Positions 29,124-36,383 of a stretch of DNA of 64,000 bases are shown here, piece by piece. The stretch comes from Sulfolobales archaeon. Its GTDB lineage: Archaea; Thermoproteota; Thermoprotei_A; Sulfolobales; AG1. How positions within the stretch are numbered: position 1 is the stretch's first letter; each line of letters begins with the position of its first letter. The DNA is taken from the NCBI GenBank assembly GCA_038867615.1, contig JAWBYA010000001.1, positions 64,001 to 128,000 of the forward strand, given 5' to 3'. The position numbers were made by a program, and so were the translations under genes. Under the pieces are notes generated by a model. The model saw nothing but the letters and a program-made list of their open reading frames with translations, did no database searches and had not been told where the DNA came from.

Positions 29124-29343
29124 GATGTATAAATAGAGATCTTTATACTAATGCCTTAGATGAGTAGCCTGGTTAGGCTCGAAAGATATAATGGACTTAT
29201 AAAGGGGTTTTATCATTGTCTTGATTGATGCTGTGGGAGAAATACCAATAACCATGTGAAACTACCGCCCCTCTATCAAGGTCTGAGAATAGGGGGCGGT
29301 TTTATATAGTAATACTCTCGTAATAATACTGTGGTGAATCTTT

Positions 29344-29604
29344 GTGGAGCTCATCCCATTAGGATCCGTGATCTCCGTATTCAAGGATCAAGTTGTTGTG
29401 GTTAAGATAGATAACCCCTCAAGAATCCCGGAACTCGGTTCAAGAGCCTATCACAAAAGGGGACTAAGACAGGTGGGGATAGTGAGCGATATAATAGGCC
29501 CCACGAGGGAGCCTTATGCTGTTATAAAGATGATCCAGGGGGCCTCGGTTAGTGTTGGGGAGGAGCTGGTCTACGAGCCTAGGAGAAGAAAGAGGGTTAG
29601 ATGA
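29344..29604 (+). CDS. gar1: Gar1/Naf1-family H/ACA RNP subunit
   Basis: VGIVSDIIGPTREPYAVIK with a basic tail; conserved gar1-tfb order. Confidence 0.8.
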   Translation: MELIPLGSVISVFKDQVVVVKIDNPSRIPELGSRAYHKRGLRQVGIVSDIIGPTREPYAVIKMIQGASVSVGEELVYEPRRRKRVR

Positions 29605-30542
29605 TGAGCGCTAGCACAGCTGTGGAAAAGGATCTCGGAGAATTAATAGCTAGTGGTAAGCTTATATATGATTATGAGAGAGGAGAGATCATAGATCCAG
29701 AGACTGGTCTCGTGATCGAGGAGGGCTTAATATCGCAGGCTAGGGAGTGGAGGGAATATAGTCCTGAGGATCGGTTTAACAGATCCAGAATAGGTCCCCA
29801 GATAACCTTCAAAGTCCACGATGGGGGTTTAACAAGCTATATAGATCCTAGGGGGAGTACGGGTAAGAAGCTCAACAAGCTTCAAACAAGCACAAGAAGA
29901 CCAAGAGATCATAGGGTTAGGAAGGAGATAGACGCCAAGATGATCATGAATGATACCATAGCCAAAATGGGATTACCAGGTGTAGTGGCAGAGACTGTGG
30001 GGATGCTCATCAAAGAAGCTGCTAAGAACAATCTGCTTAGAAAGAACATGATCGCATCGGCTGTTGGGGCCATGATCATAGAGGTTTGCAAGACCTATGG
30101 TATACCAATAGATATAAAAAAGCTTAGAGAAACACTCAGCCTTAGTGAGAGAGATATACACAATGCCACCAAGAGGCTAGCATGGGCAGGTGTGTTTAAT
30201 GACCTTAAGAGGAAGCTTAGGGAGAAGAGCGATCCTAGAGGATCCGCTCCACTAACTCCAGCAAGCTATATACCCAAGATCTCTGGCTCCGTTGGTCTTT
30301 CAGACGATATAGTGGTTCTGTCAAAAAGAATCATAGATCTCATGGTTAGGTATGAGCCAACATCAACCTCAGGAAAGAATCCTGAAGGAACAGCCGCGGC
30401 AGCTGTGTATCTAGCATCTATATTGCTAGAGAATAAAAAGCCGCAGAAGAGCATAGCAGAAGCCCTAGGGATCTCTGAGGTGACTATAAGGAATAGGTAT
30501 AGAGATATCATAGACAACCTAGATATAATAGTATATATATGA
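29601..30542 (+). CDS. tfb: Transcription initiation factor TFB (divergent paralogue)
   Basis: IYDYERGE, EWREY B-reader, two cyclin folds, GKNPEGTAAAAVY and SEVTIRNRY. Confidence 0.9.
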   Translation: MMSASTAVEKDLGELIASGKLIYDYERGEIIDPETGLVIEEGLISQAREWREYSPEDRFNRSRIGPQITFKVHDGGLTSYIDPRGSTGKKLNKLQTSTRRPRDHRVRKEIDAKMIMNDTIAKMGLPGVVAETVGMLIKEAAKNNLLRKNMIASAVGAMIIEVCKTYGIPIDIKKLRETLSLSERDIHNATKRLAWAGVFNDLKRKLREKSDPRGSAPLTPASYIPKISGSVGLSDDIVVLSKRIIDLMVRYEPTSTSGKNPEGTAAAAVYLASILLENKKPQKSIAEALGISEVTIRNRYRDIIDNLDIIVYI

Positions 30543-30843
30543 GTTACTTTCCCCATGCTTATCTCTAGATATTTATCGTTGGCCCTGTTATCTGGGGTTC
30601 TGTGCTTTACCTACACAGGGATCTCTATACATGTAGTCCCAAAGCTGTCTAATAAAGCAAAACAGGGATCCATCTACTTTTTAAGATCATCTACATAGTT
30701 TGGAATACCGTCCCTACCAAAGGTTAATTGACAAGTCTAGCGGGGATGGTGCTCGAATAACCGACTAATAGTTCGAAACCCCTGTGCTCTTTGCCCAAGG
30801 TTGTTTTTAACCTGCGTTGCCCTATCTCAGTGGATGTGGGTAG

Positions 30844-32202
30844 ATGCCCTGCCAGCAGTTGTCACATGCAATGGGTATACCTATGGATGCTGCTTCAGCC
30901 GAGCTTAGAAGACCTATAGCTACTATATTCATTATAGTGGTGAATGTAGTTATCTATATACTCACCACATATAAGAACTCCTTTGTTTCTATAAATAGCG
31001 ATGTTCTGTGGAACTATGGCTATATTCCAGCATATCTCCTAACGGATCAAGGGATCATGAGGATCTTTACCTCAATGTTTCTCCACGCAGATCCTCTGCA
31101 CATATTCTTCAATATGTATTTCCTATATATATTTGGTAAGGGCGTCGAGGGCGTCCTAGGAGTTCCAAGGTTCTTGGCACTATACATAGCATCAGGGGTA
31201 TTGGCAGCCTTTCTCCACACGGTATCTGTGGGCTTTCAGGGGGCATCAGCCCTCTCAATACCCGCTGTCGGTGCTTCTGGAGCCATAAGTGGTGTTCTCG
31301 GAGCATATCTAATGCTATACCCAGCAACACCTCTTGCCATGTGTCTCTTCCTACCGTTCCCTATCTGTGGGACTTTCAGGGCTTCTACATTCCTTCTCTT
31401 CTGGTTCGCAGTACAGGTTCTATATGGCTACCTCAGGCTCGGTGGTGTTGCTTTCTTTGCGCATGCTGGCGGCTTCATCGCGGGGGTTGCTCTCTCATGG
31501 TTATTGGGAAGAGATATTGTGGCAAGGTTGAAGCATCCGTTCTCCTACACGCTTAGTATTTTCACCGAGATGGGCGAGGGTTTGGGTAGGGGTGCGAAGG
31601 TTGTGATGGTCATAGCGATCCTATCCCTCATGGGGGTTAGTCTATACTCGTACTATTCAAGCACCTATATAGATAGATCCCAGCTGATCTATACGGTTAG
31701 CGTTAATATAGGTAGCAGCCCTAACGAGCCTCCCTATAGCTCTTCTATGGCGACTCTATTGGTAACTAGAGGGTCTTCGGATTTTAGCATGAGCCCTATT
31801 GTTGATGATGCCTCGAGAATACTTGTTAACAGACTGCTAGCATCAAATATATTGATAAACACCGAGAGCAGGGGTTCTACGGAGGATATTAGGAGAAGCC
31901 TAACCGTAACTATACTTAATGTTCCTGTCCCATTCTCGATATCAGCTAGAGCTAGTTATGATGACAATGGCGTGATGATCTATGGGTATGGTTCTGCAGC
32001 AACGAGAAGCGTGGTGTGCGGCGTTACATGCACTTTAGGCGATGTTATCCAGTACCCGTGGTTCGAGATAAGATCCGTGGGGCCTATGTCTATAACTAAT
32101 TTGATCACAATACCGTTACTGATCTCGTTACTGTTTCTACTGCTAAGCCTCTATGTAGCGGTTGCAAAAGACAGAGAGATCTCTCTAAGTACTTACATAT
32201 GA
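30844..32202 (+). CDS. Rhomboid intramembrane serine protease with a C-terminal extramembrane domain
   Basis: TSMFLHA..HIFFNM, VGASGAISG and AHAGG. Confidence 0.92.
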   Translation: MPCQQLSHAMGIPMDAASAELRRPIATIFIIVVNVVIYILTTYKNSFVSINSDVLWNYGYIPAYLLTDQGIMRIFTSMFLHADPLHIFFNMYFLYIFGKGVEGVLGVPRFLALYIASGVLAAFLHTVSVGFQGASALSIPAVGASGAISGVLGAYLMLYPATPLAMCLFLPFPICGTFRASTFLLFWFAVQVLYGYLRLGGVAFFAHAGGFIAGVALSWLLGRDIVARLKHPFSYTLSIFTEMGEGLGRGAKVVMVIAILSLMGVSLYSYYSSTYIDRSQLIYTVSVNIGSSPNEPPYSSSMATLLVTRGSSDFSMSPIVDDASRILVNRLLASNILINTESRGSTEDIRRSLTVTILNVPVPFSISARASYDDNGVMIYGYGSAATRSVVCGVTCTLGDVIQYPWFEIRSVGPMSITNLITIPLLISLLFLLLSLYVAVAKDREISLSTYI

Positions 32203-32211
32203 TCGTTGAAT

Positions 32212-32464
32212 GCCGTAACCAGCTGTTTTTGATTTGGTGATGGTTTATAGAGGGTTGATGTTAAACCTATAGTGTTGTGGGAACATAGTATAAGTTCTAT
32301 TATTTTACGGTTGAGCCGGGATGTGGGGGTTTCCCCACAGCAATGAGTCAGAGGAACTCGATGAAGGGGAGCTGTGGGTTGGGGTTTCTCTGGATTGGTG
32401 GGGGCCGAGGGAGACGAGGAAGAGCTGTTGGTATAAAAATCAACTGCTATTAAGCCAGAACCCC
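32212..32464 (+). mobile_element. Non-autonomous TnpB-element relic, family 1 copy A
   Basis: Left end GCCGTAACCAGCTG; TATAAG at 32289; hairpin TGTGGGG-gttt-CCCCACA at 32322-32339; MWGFPHSNE...ELWVGV frame; right end AAGCCAGAACCCC shared with copies B-D. Confidence 0.75.
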
Positions 32465-32482
32465 CACGATCCCGTTGGATAT

Positions 32483-33496
32483 TTACATATAGTTAACGAA
32501 GGAAGACATTGCAACCATATCGAGCAGATACTCAGCTATATCTGTTATATAGTCATAGATTCTCGTTATATGGTAGGCTGATATGTCTCTGGTAAGTCCT
32601 AGGCCATAGATCTTCTCGTGGATCGTCTCCTTGCTCTCTATGAGATTCACGAGGGAGGGCATAAGCGTCTCTAGCCTTTCTCCCTTGCCGTTCTGCCTTC
32701 TATCGGGATCCTGGATACCGGTTCTGAGTATCTCATCCAATAGCACGTAGTATTTATACATATCTTTTAGCACGAGGTAGATCTTAACCTTATCGCCATC
32801 ATCAACATTACTTCCAAGTCTAGCTATAGCTACTAGGTGATCCGAGATCCTCTCTATGAGTCTCACTACTTGAACCATAACATATGATCTCTGTAGATAC
32901 TTAGGATCTCTATCGATCTCCGGGTTGCTGAGCATAATATTAAAGATCCTCTCGGCTTCCCTCCTAATAGCGTCGATCTCGTTATCGAGATCCTCGAGCT
33001 CTTCAGCAAAGCCATTCTGCTCCGAGTATGATGATATGGTCAGCTCGAAGAGTGATCTCGCGTTGTTCATCACCCTCCTCACAATAGTTTCAAGACCAGA
33101 GCCCCTCCTCACCTCTCTTAATACTGTGAAATTCCTACCCTCGTCGAATATGCTGAAGCCCGGCATGAGCTTCAAAATAGACATGATCTGTCTCTTGGTA
33201 TCTCGGGAAAGAGGCTTCTTTGATGTGAGCTTTATCTGCTCAGCACCTGACACATAGAGGGCTATTAACAAATGCTTTAGCGAGATCGGGTCATAGTTAT
33301 CCATATCTATATCGGAGTATGTCTTGAGACGTGGAGCGTGGGAGGGCTCTATTATAAGCTTAGACCCAACCCTCCTGATCAGAACCCTTGAGCCCTTCTC
33401 AATCCCGTGGGCTTTGCACCACTCCTTTGGTAGGTATAGAACATATGAGCCCCTAATCTCCTGGATCCTTCTCTCCTCCTCGTGAGAGACGCTCAT
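32483..33496 (-). CDS. AbrB/SpoVT-PhoU phosphate-uptake regulator family protein
   Basis: RRIQ..GSYVLYLPKEW AbrB domain; LIERISDH and RIYDYITDIAE PhoU repeats. Confidence 0.88.
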   Translation of the reverse strand: MSVSHEEERRIQEIRGSYVLYLPKEWCKAHGIEKGSRVLIRRVGSKLIIEPSHAPRLKTYSDIDMDNYDPISLKHLLIALYVSGAEQIKLTSKKPLSRDTKRQIMSILKLMPGFSIFDEGRNFTVLREVRRGSGLETIVRRVMNNARSLFELTISSYSEQNGFAEELEDLDNEIDAIRREAERIFNIMLSNPEIDRDPKYLQRSYVMVQVVRLIERISDHLVAIARLGSNVDDGDKVKIYLVLKDMYKYYVLLDEILRTGIQDPDRRQNGKGERLETLMPSLVNLIESKETIHEKIYGLGLTRDISAYHITRIYDYITDIAEYLLDMVAMSSFVNYM

Positions 33497-33599
33497 AATC
33501 CCTATATTATTAATCCTTCAGAGGTATTATTATATATCATATGTTTACATATGTACTAATCTGGTTGAGGCGATATATAGCTCCGAAGGGTATCTAGAT

Positions 33600-33653
33600 T
33601 GATGATGAGGCTCGAAAGGGCCGTAGTGATGCGGAGCCCGCGCAGGTCTGAAA
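33600..33653 (+). ncRNA. C/D box guide sRNA with two guides complementary to tRNAs
   Basis: Box C ATGATGA 33602-33608, D' CCGT 33621-33624, C' GTGATGC 33626-33632, box D CTGA 33648-33651; TATA-like ATATATAG at 33573. Confidence 0.8.
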
Positions 33654-33771
33654 AGGATCCTTGTTATTGGTTAACCCTAGACTAAGTCTGACGATCCATG
33701 GACTAATCAGTCGCAGGGTTATCCCTATAGCAACGAGCTTAAATCCTCTCAGTGTTTAGATAGGGTGAAAG

Positions 33772-34296
33772 GTGTGTATAAAGATGCCCCAAGACCTGCT
33801 AGGCTTCCTAAAACTATCTTTGAGAAATCTCGAAGACGGTATCGAGAAGGCAGGCTCCTCGGCAAGGGTTTCAGAGCTATCGGTTATAGGGTCGATTAAA
33901 GAGGTGATAAGCTATAGTGAGAAGGTTATTGAGAAAGGACTCTGTCTCTCAAGCTCCAGGGGGATTAAGGGCTTTGGGTATATATGTGACGGTAGGTGGA
34001 GCATTGTTAGCACAGATAATGTCACCTCGATATCGAAGGTTGGGAGCGATATAGCTATATCCTTCAAGAATGGAGAGCTGGGGATATTGAGGGAGGAGGG
34101 TGGCTTGGTGCTTGGACCAAGCTATGTTAGGATTCTGCTGAAGGGATACTCGATAGAGATCCCGTATAACGATTATAGAGAGGCGGGAAGACAGTCACAT
34201 GTTATTAAAAAAGTGCTCCCAATAGTGATAGATACTCTTAGGAAGGCTGATGAGAGCTTTAGCAAGTGTATCAAGCTATATAGGCTTAAATGCTGA
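33772..34296 (+). CDS. Hypothetical protein
   Basis: 174-aa ORF with host-like codon usage. Confidence 0.65.
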   Translation: MCIKMPQDLLGFLKLSLRNLEDGIEKAGSSARVSELSVIGSIKEVISYSEKVIEKGLCLSSSRGIKGFGYICDGRWSIVSTDNVTSISKVGSDIAISFKNGELGILREEGGLVLGPSYVRILLKGYSIEIPYNDYREAGRQSHVIKKVLPIVIDTLRKADESFSKCIKLYRLKC

Positions 34297-34381
34297 CCAT
34301 CTCTTGGGATATCTAAACCCGTATTACCGGCTAAAGGGATATTATTTCTCAAAGCCATGTTGATTCTAGAGGGGGAGGGCT

Positions 34382-35152
34382 CTGGAGATATATCCAGGAT
34401 TAGAGCTAGTTGTAGACACGCCTTTCGCTTATCTGAGGAGGTGGAGAGCTCTTGTTATAGCTGATACCCACCTAGGCTTTGAAGAGGCTATGGGGGAAGC
34501 TGGTTTATATCTACCAAGGGGGCAGCTTAAGCAACTCTTACAGGATCTCGAGACAGCGTTTAGCATGCTTGATATAGGGCTGATAATAATAGCTGGGGAT
34601 CTGAAACACAGATTCGAGAAGCTTGGTGCGCAGGAGAGGAGAGAGATCGAGGAGGTTCTATCTTTTCTGAAGAAAAAGAACTCCGAGGTGATCTTTGTAA
34701 GAGGTAATCATGATAACTATGCATCTATAGTGACATCGAAATACGGTGTAGAGCCAAAACCCTACTATAAGGCTGGATCATTCTTGATAATCCATGGGCA
34801 TCAAGGGTTAGAGAATGTAGTTGGTGAGGATGTTGTAAAAGATACAGAAGTTATTATCTATGGCCATGAGCATCCAAGCATATCGATAAGAGATAGGCTT
34901 GGGAAGATAGCCAAGTTCCCCTGTTTCATAGAGATGCCGTTAAACGTGGGTGATAAGGTAATAAAAGGGCTTATAATGCCAGCCTCAGGGAGCTATCAGG
35001 CAGGCTCTCCAGTAACCACGATCAGGGGTAACTATCTATCACCAATAACCAGGGCTTATGGCGATATAGAGAACGCCAAGCCATATATCCTAGCCAGGGG
35101 AGACGGGATCTTTGAGCTCCCGGCACTAGGCTATATACAGGATCTCATCTAA
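34382..35152 (+). CDS. Calcineurin-like metallophosphoesterase (Lhr-associated MPE type); probable CTG start
   Basis: IADTHLG (upstream of the track's ATG), AGDLKH, RGNHD, IHGH, GHEHP and IMPA. Confidence 0.88.
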   Translation: MEIYPGLELVVDTPFAYLRRWRALVIADTHLGFEEAMGEAGLYLPRGQLKQLLQDLETAFSMLDIGLIIIAGDLKHRFEKLGAQERREIEEVLSFLKKKNSEVIFVRGNHDNYASIVTSKYGVEPKPYYKAGSFLIIHGHQGLENVVGEDVVKDTEVIIYGHEHPSISIRDRLGKIAKFPCFIEMPLNVGDKVIKGLIMPASGSYQAGSPVTTIRGNYLSPITRAYGDIENAKPYILARGDGIFELPALGYIQDLI

Positions 35153-35205
35153 CCAAGCTATACCAAGTATCTCTCAATTATATATTAATCTGTACCGAGC
35201 CAGTA

Positions 35206-35883
35206 TTGGGGCTTACATTGACCAGTCATTATGAATCATGGGATATCCTAGTAGAAGATATATTATCATGCACAAAATGCAGACTCCATATGTCTAGGAG
35301 AAAAGCCGTACCTGGCGATGGTAGGAGAGATGCTGAGATCATGCTTATAGGAGAGGCGCCCGGGGCTACAGAGGACGAGCTGGGACTACCCTTCGTGGGG
35401 GCTGCTGGCAAGCTTCTCGATAGTGTTTTGGAGGATATAGGTTTAAAGAGAAGCGATCTATATATAACAAACGTGGTTAAGTGTAGGCCGCCTAACAATA
35501 GGCAACCGGCTAGGGATGAGATAGAGTCATGCTCCCTCTATCTAGAATCACAGATCCTCATGATACGCCCGAAAGTGATAGTGACCCTAGGAAGCGTTGC
35601 TGGGGAATGGGTTGCATCAAAGATGGGGATTAGATGGCTTGGTGTAACCAGGATGAGGGGTAATATATATAGGGGTGATATGTTGGGGATAGAGATCTCG
35701 TTGATCCCTACTTATCATCCCGCAGCGATCCTCAGGAATAAGGGGAATATGGAGGATCTTAAGGCAGATCTAAGGATAGCTGTAGAGGAGCTGGCTAGGA
35801 TAAAGGGTTCTAAAAGATCTTCAGAAGAGAAGGAAGAGAGAAAGGGAGGAAAAAAGACTCTTCTAGACTATATGAAGCTATGA
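35206..35883 (+). CDS. udg: Family 4 uracil-DNA glycosylase with a C-terminal PIP-like box
   Basis: CTKCRL, IGEAPG, PFVGAAG, NVVKCRPPNNR, TYHPAA and a terminal KKTLLDYM. Confidence 0.95.
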   Translation: MGLTLTSHYESWDILVEDILSCTKCRLHMSRRKAVPGDGRRDAEIMLIGEAPGATEDELGLPFVGAAGKLLDSVLEDIGLKRSDLYITNVVKCRPPNNRQPARDEIESCSLYLESQILMIRPKVIVTLGSVAGEWVASKMGIRWLGVTRMRGNIYRGDMLGIEISLIPTYHPAAILRNKGNMEDLKADLRIAVEELARIKGSKRSSEEKEERKGGKKTLLDYMKL

Positions 35884-35951
35884 GTATTGCTGGAATATCG
35901 TTTTAGCTAATAAGCATCTCTAGTAATCTATGATTTTGGTGAGGCTCATCC

Positions 35952-36275
35952 TTGAGTAGGGAGAGGGAAGAGGTTGAGGAGGAGATTGAAGAGCTAGAGG
36001 AGGGTGTGGAAGAGACTACTACTGAGGAGGTTGAGGCTGAGGTTGAGGCTTCAGATCTCCTCCTAGGGTTGGATCAAATTAACACAATGATCCATGTAAC
36101 AGAGATCTGGGATTCGGTGGTCTCTGGCAGGATAGATGTTGAGGATGCAAAAAAGCTTCTAAACAGGATCTCCACACCTGTAAAAGGTGTTGAAGAAGAA
36201 GAGGAAGAGGTTGAGGAGGAGGCTAAGAAGGCTAAGGTGCAGAAGAAGACATCTAAGAAGAAGTCAAAGGGCTAG
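35952..36275 (+). CDS. rpo13: RNA polymerase subunit Rpo13
   Basis: Acidic N-terminus, core TEIWDSVVSGRIDVEDAKKLL (compare Sulfolobus TEIWDNLLNGKISVDEAKRLF) and a basic tail. Confidence 0.85.
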   Translation: MSREREEVEEEIEELEEGVEETTTEEVEAEVEASDLLLGLDQINTMIHVTEIWDSVVSGRIDVEDAKKLLNRISTPVKGVEEEEEEVEEEAKKAKVQKKTSKKKSKG

Positions 36276-36383
36276 TGTTATTGATACCTCCTACAGGATC
36301 TCATATGGATTTTATCACTATACCTCTATGCCTAGATATAATGATAGAGCAGCACGTCTCTATGGCTAACGAGGATCGAGATC

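Noticed and set aside
29255-29305. H/ACA guide RNA next to gar1 (a minus-strand ACA follows the hairpin)
   Set aside because: The stem has no pseudouridylation pocket and no convincing K-turn.
32321-32581. Short ORFs MWGFPHSNE... (also 40590-40793 and 43683-43901) as a small-protein family
   Set aside because: Lengths, frames and stops differ between copies while nucleotide hairpins and ends are conserved; better explained as tnpB 3'/omega-RNA relics.
35952-36275. Glu/Lys low-complexity repeat as a novel element
   Set aside because: Explained by the acidic and basic tails of Rpo13.
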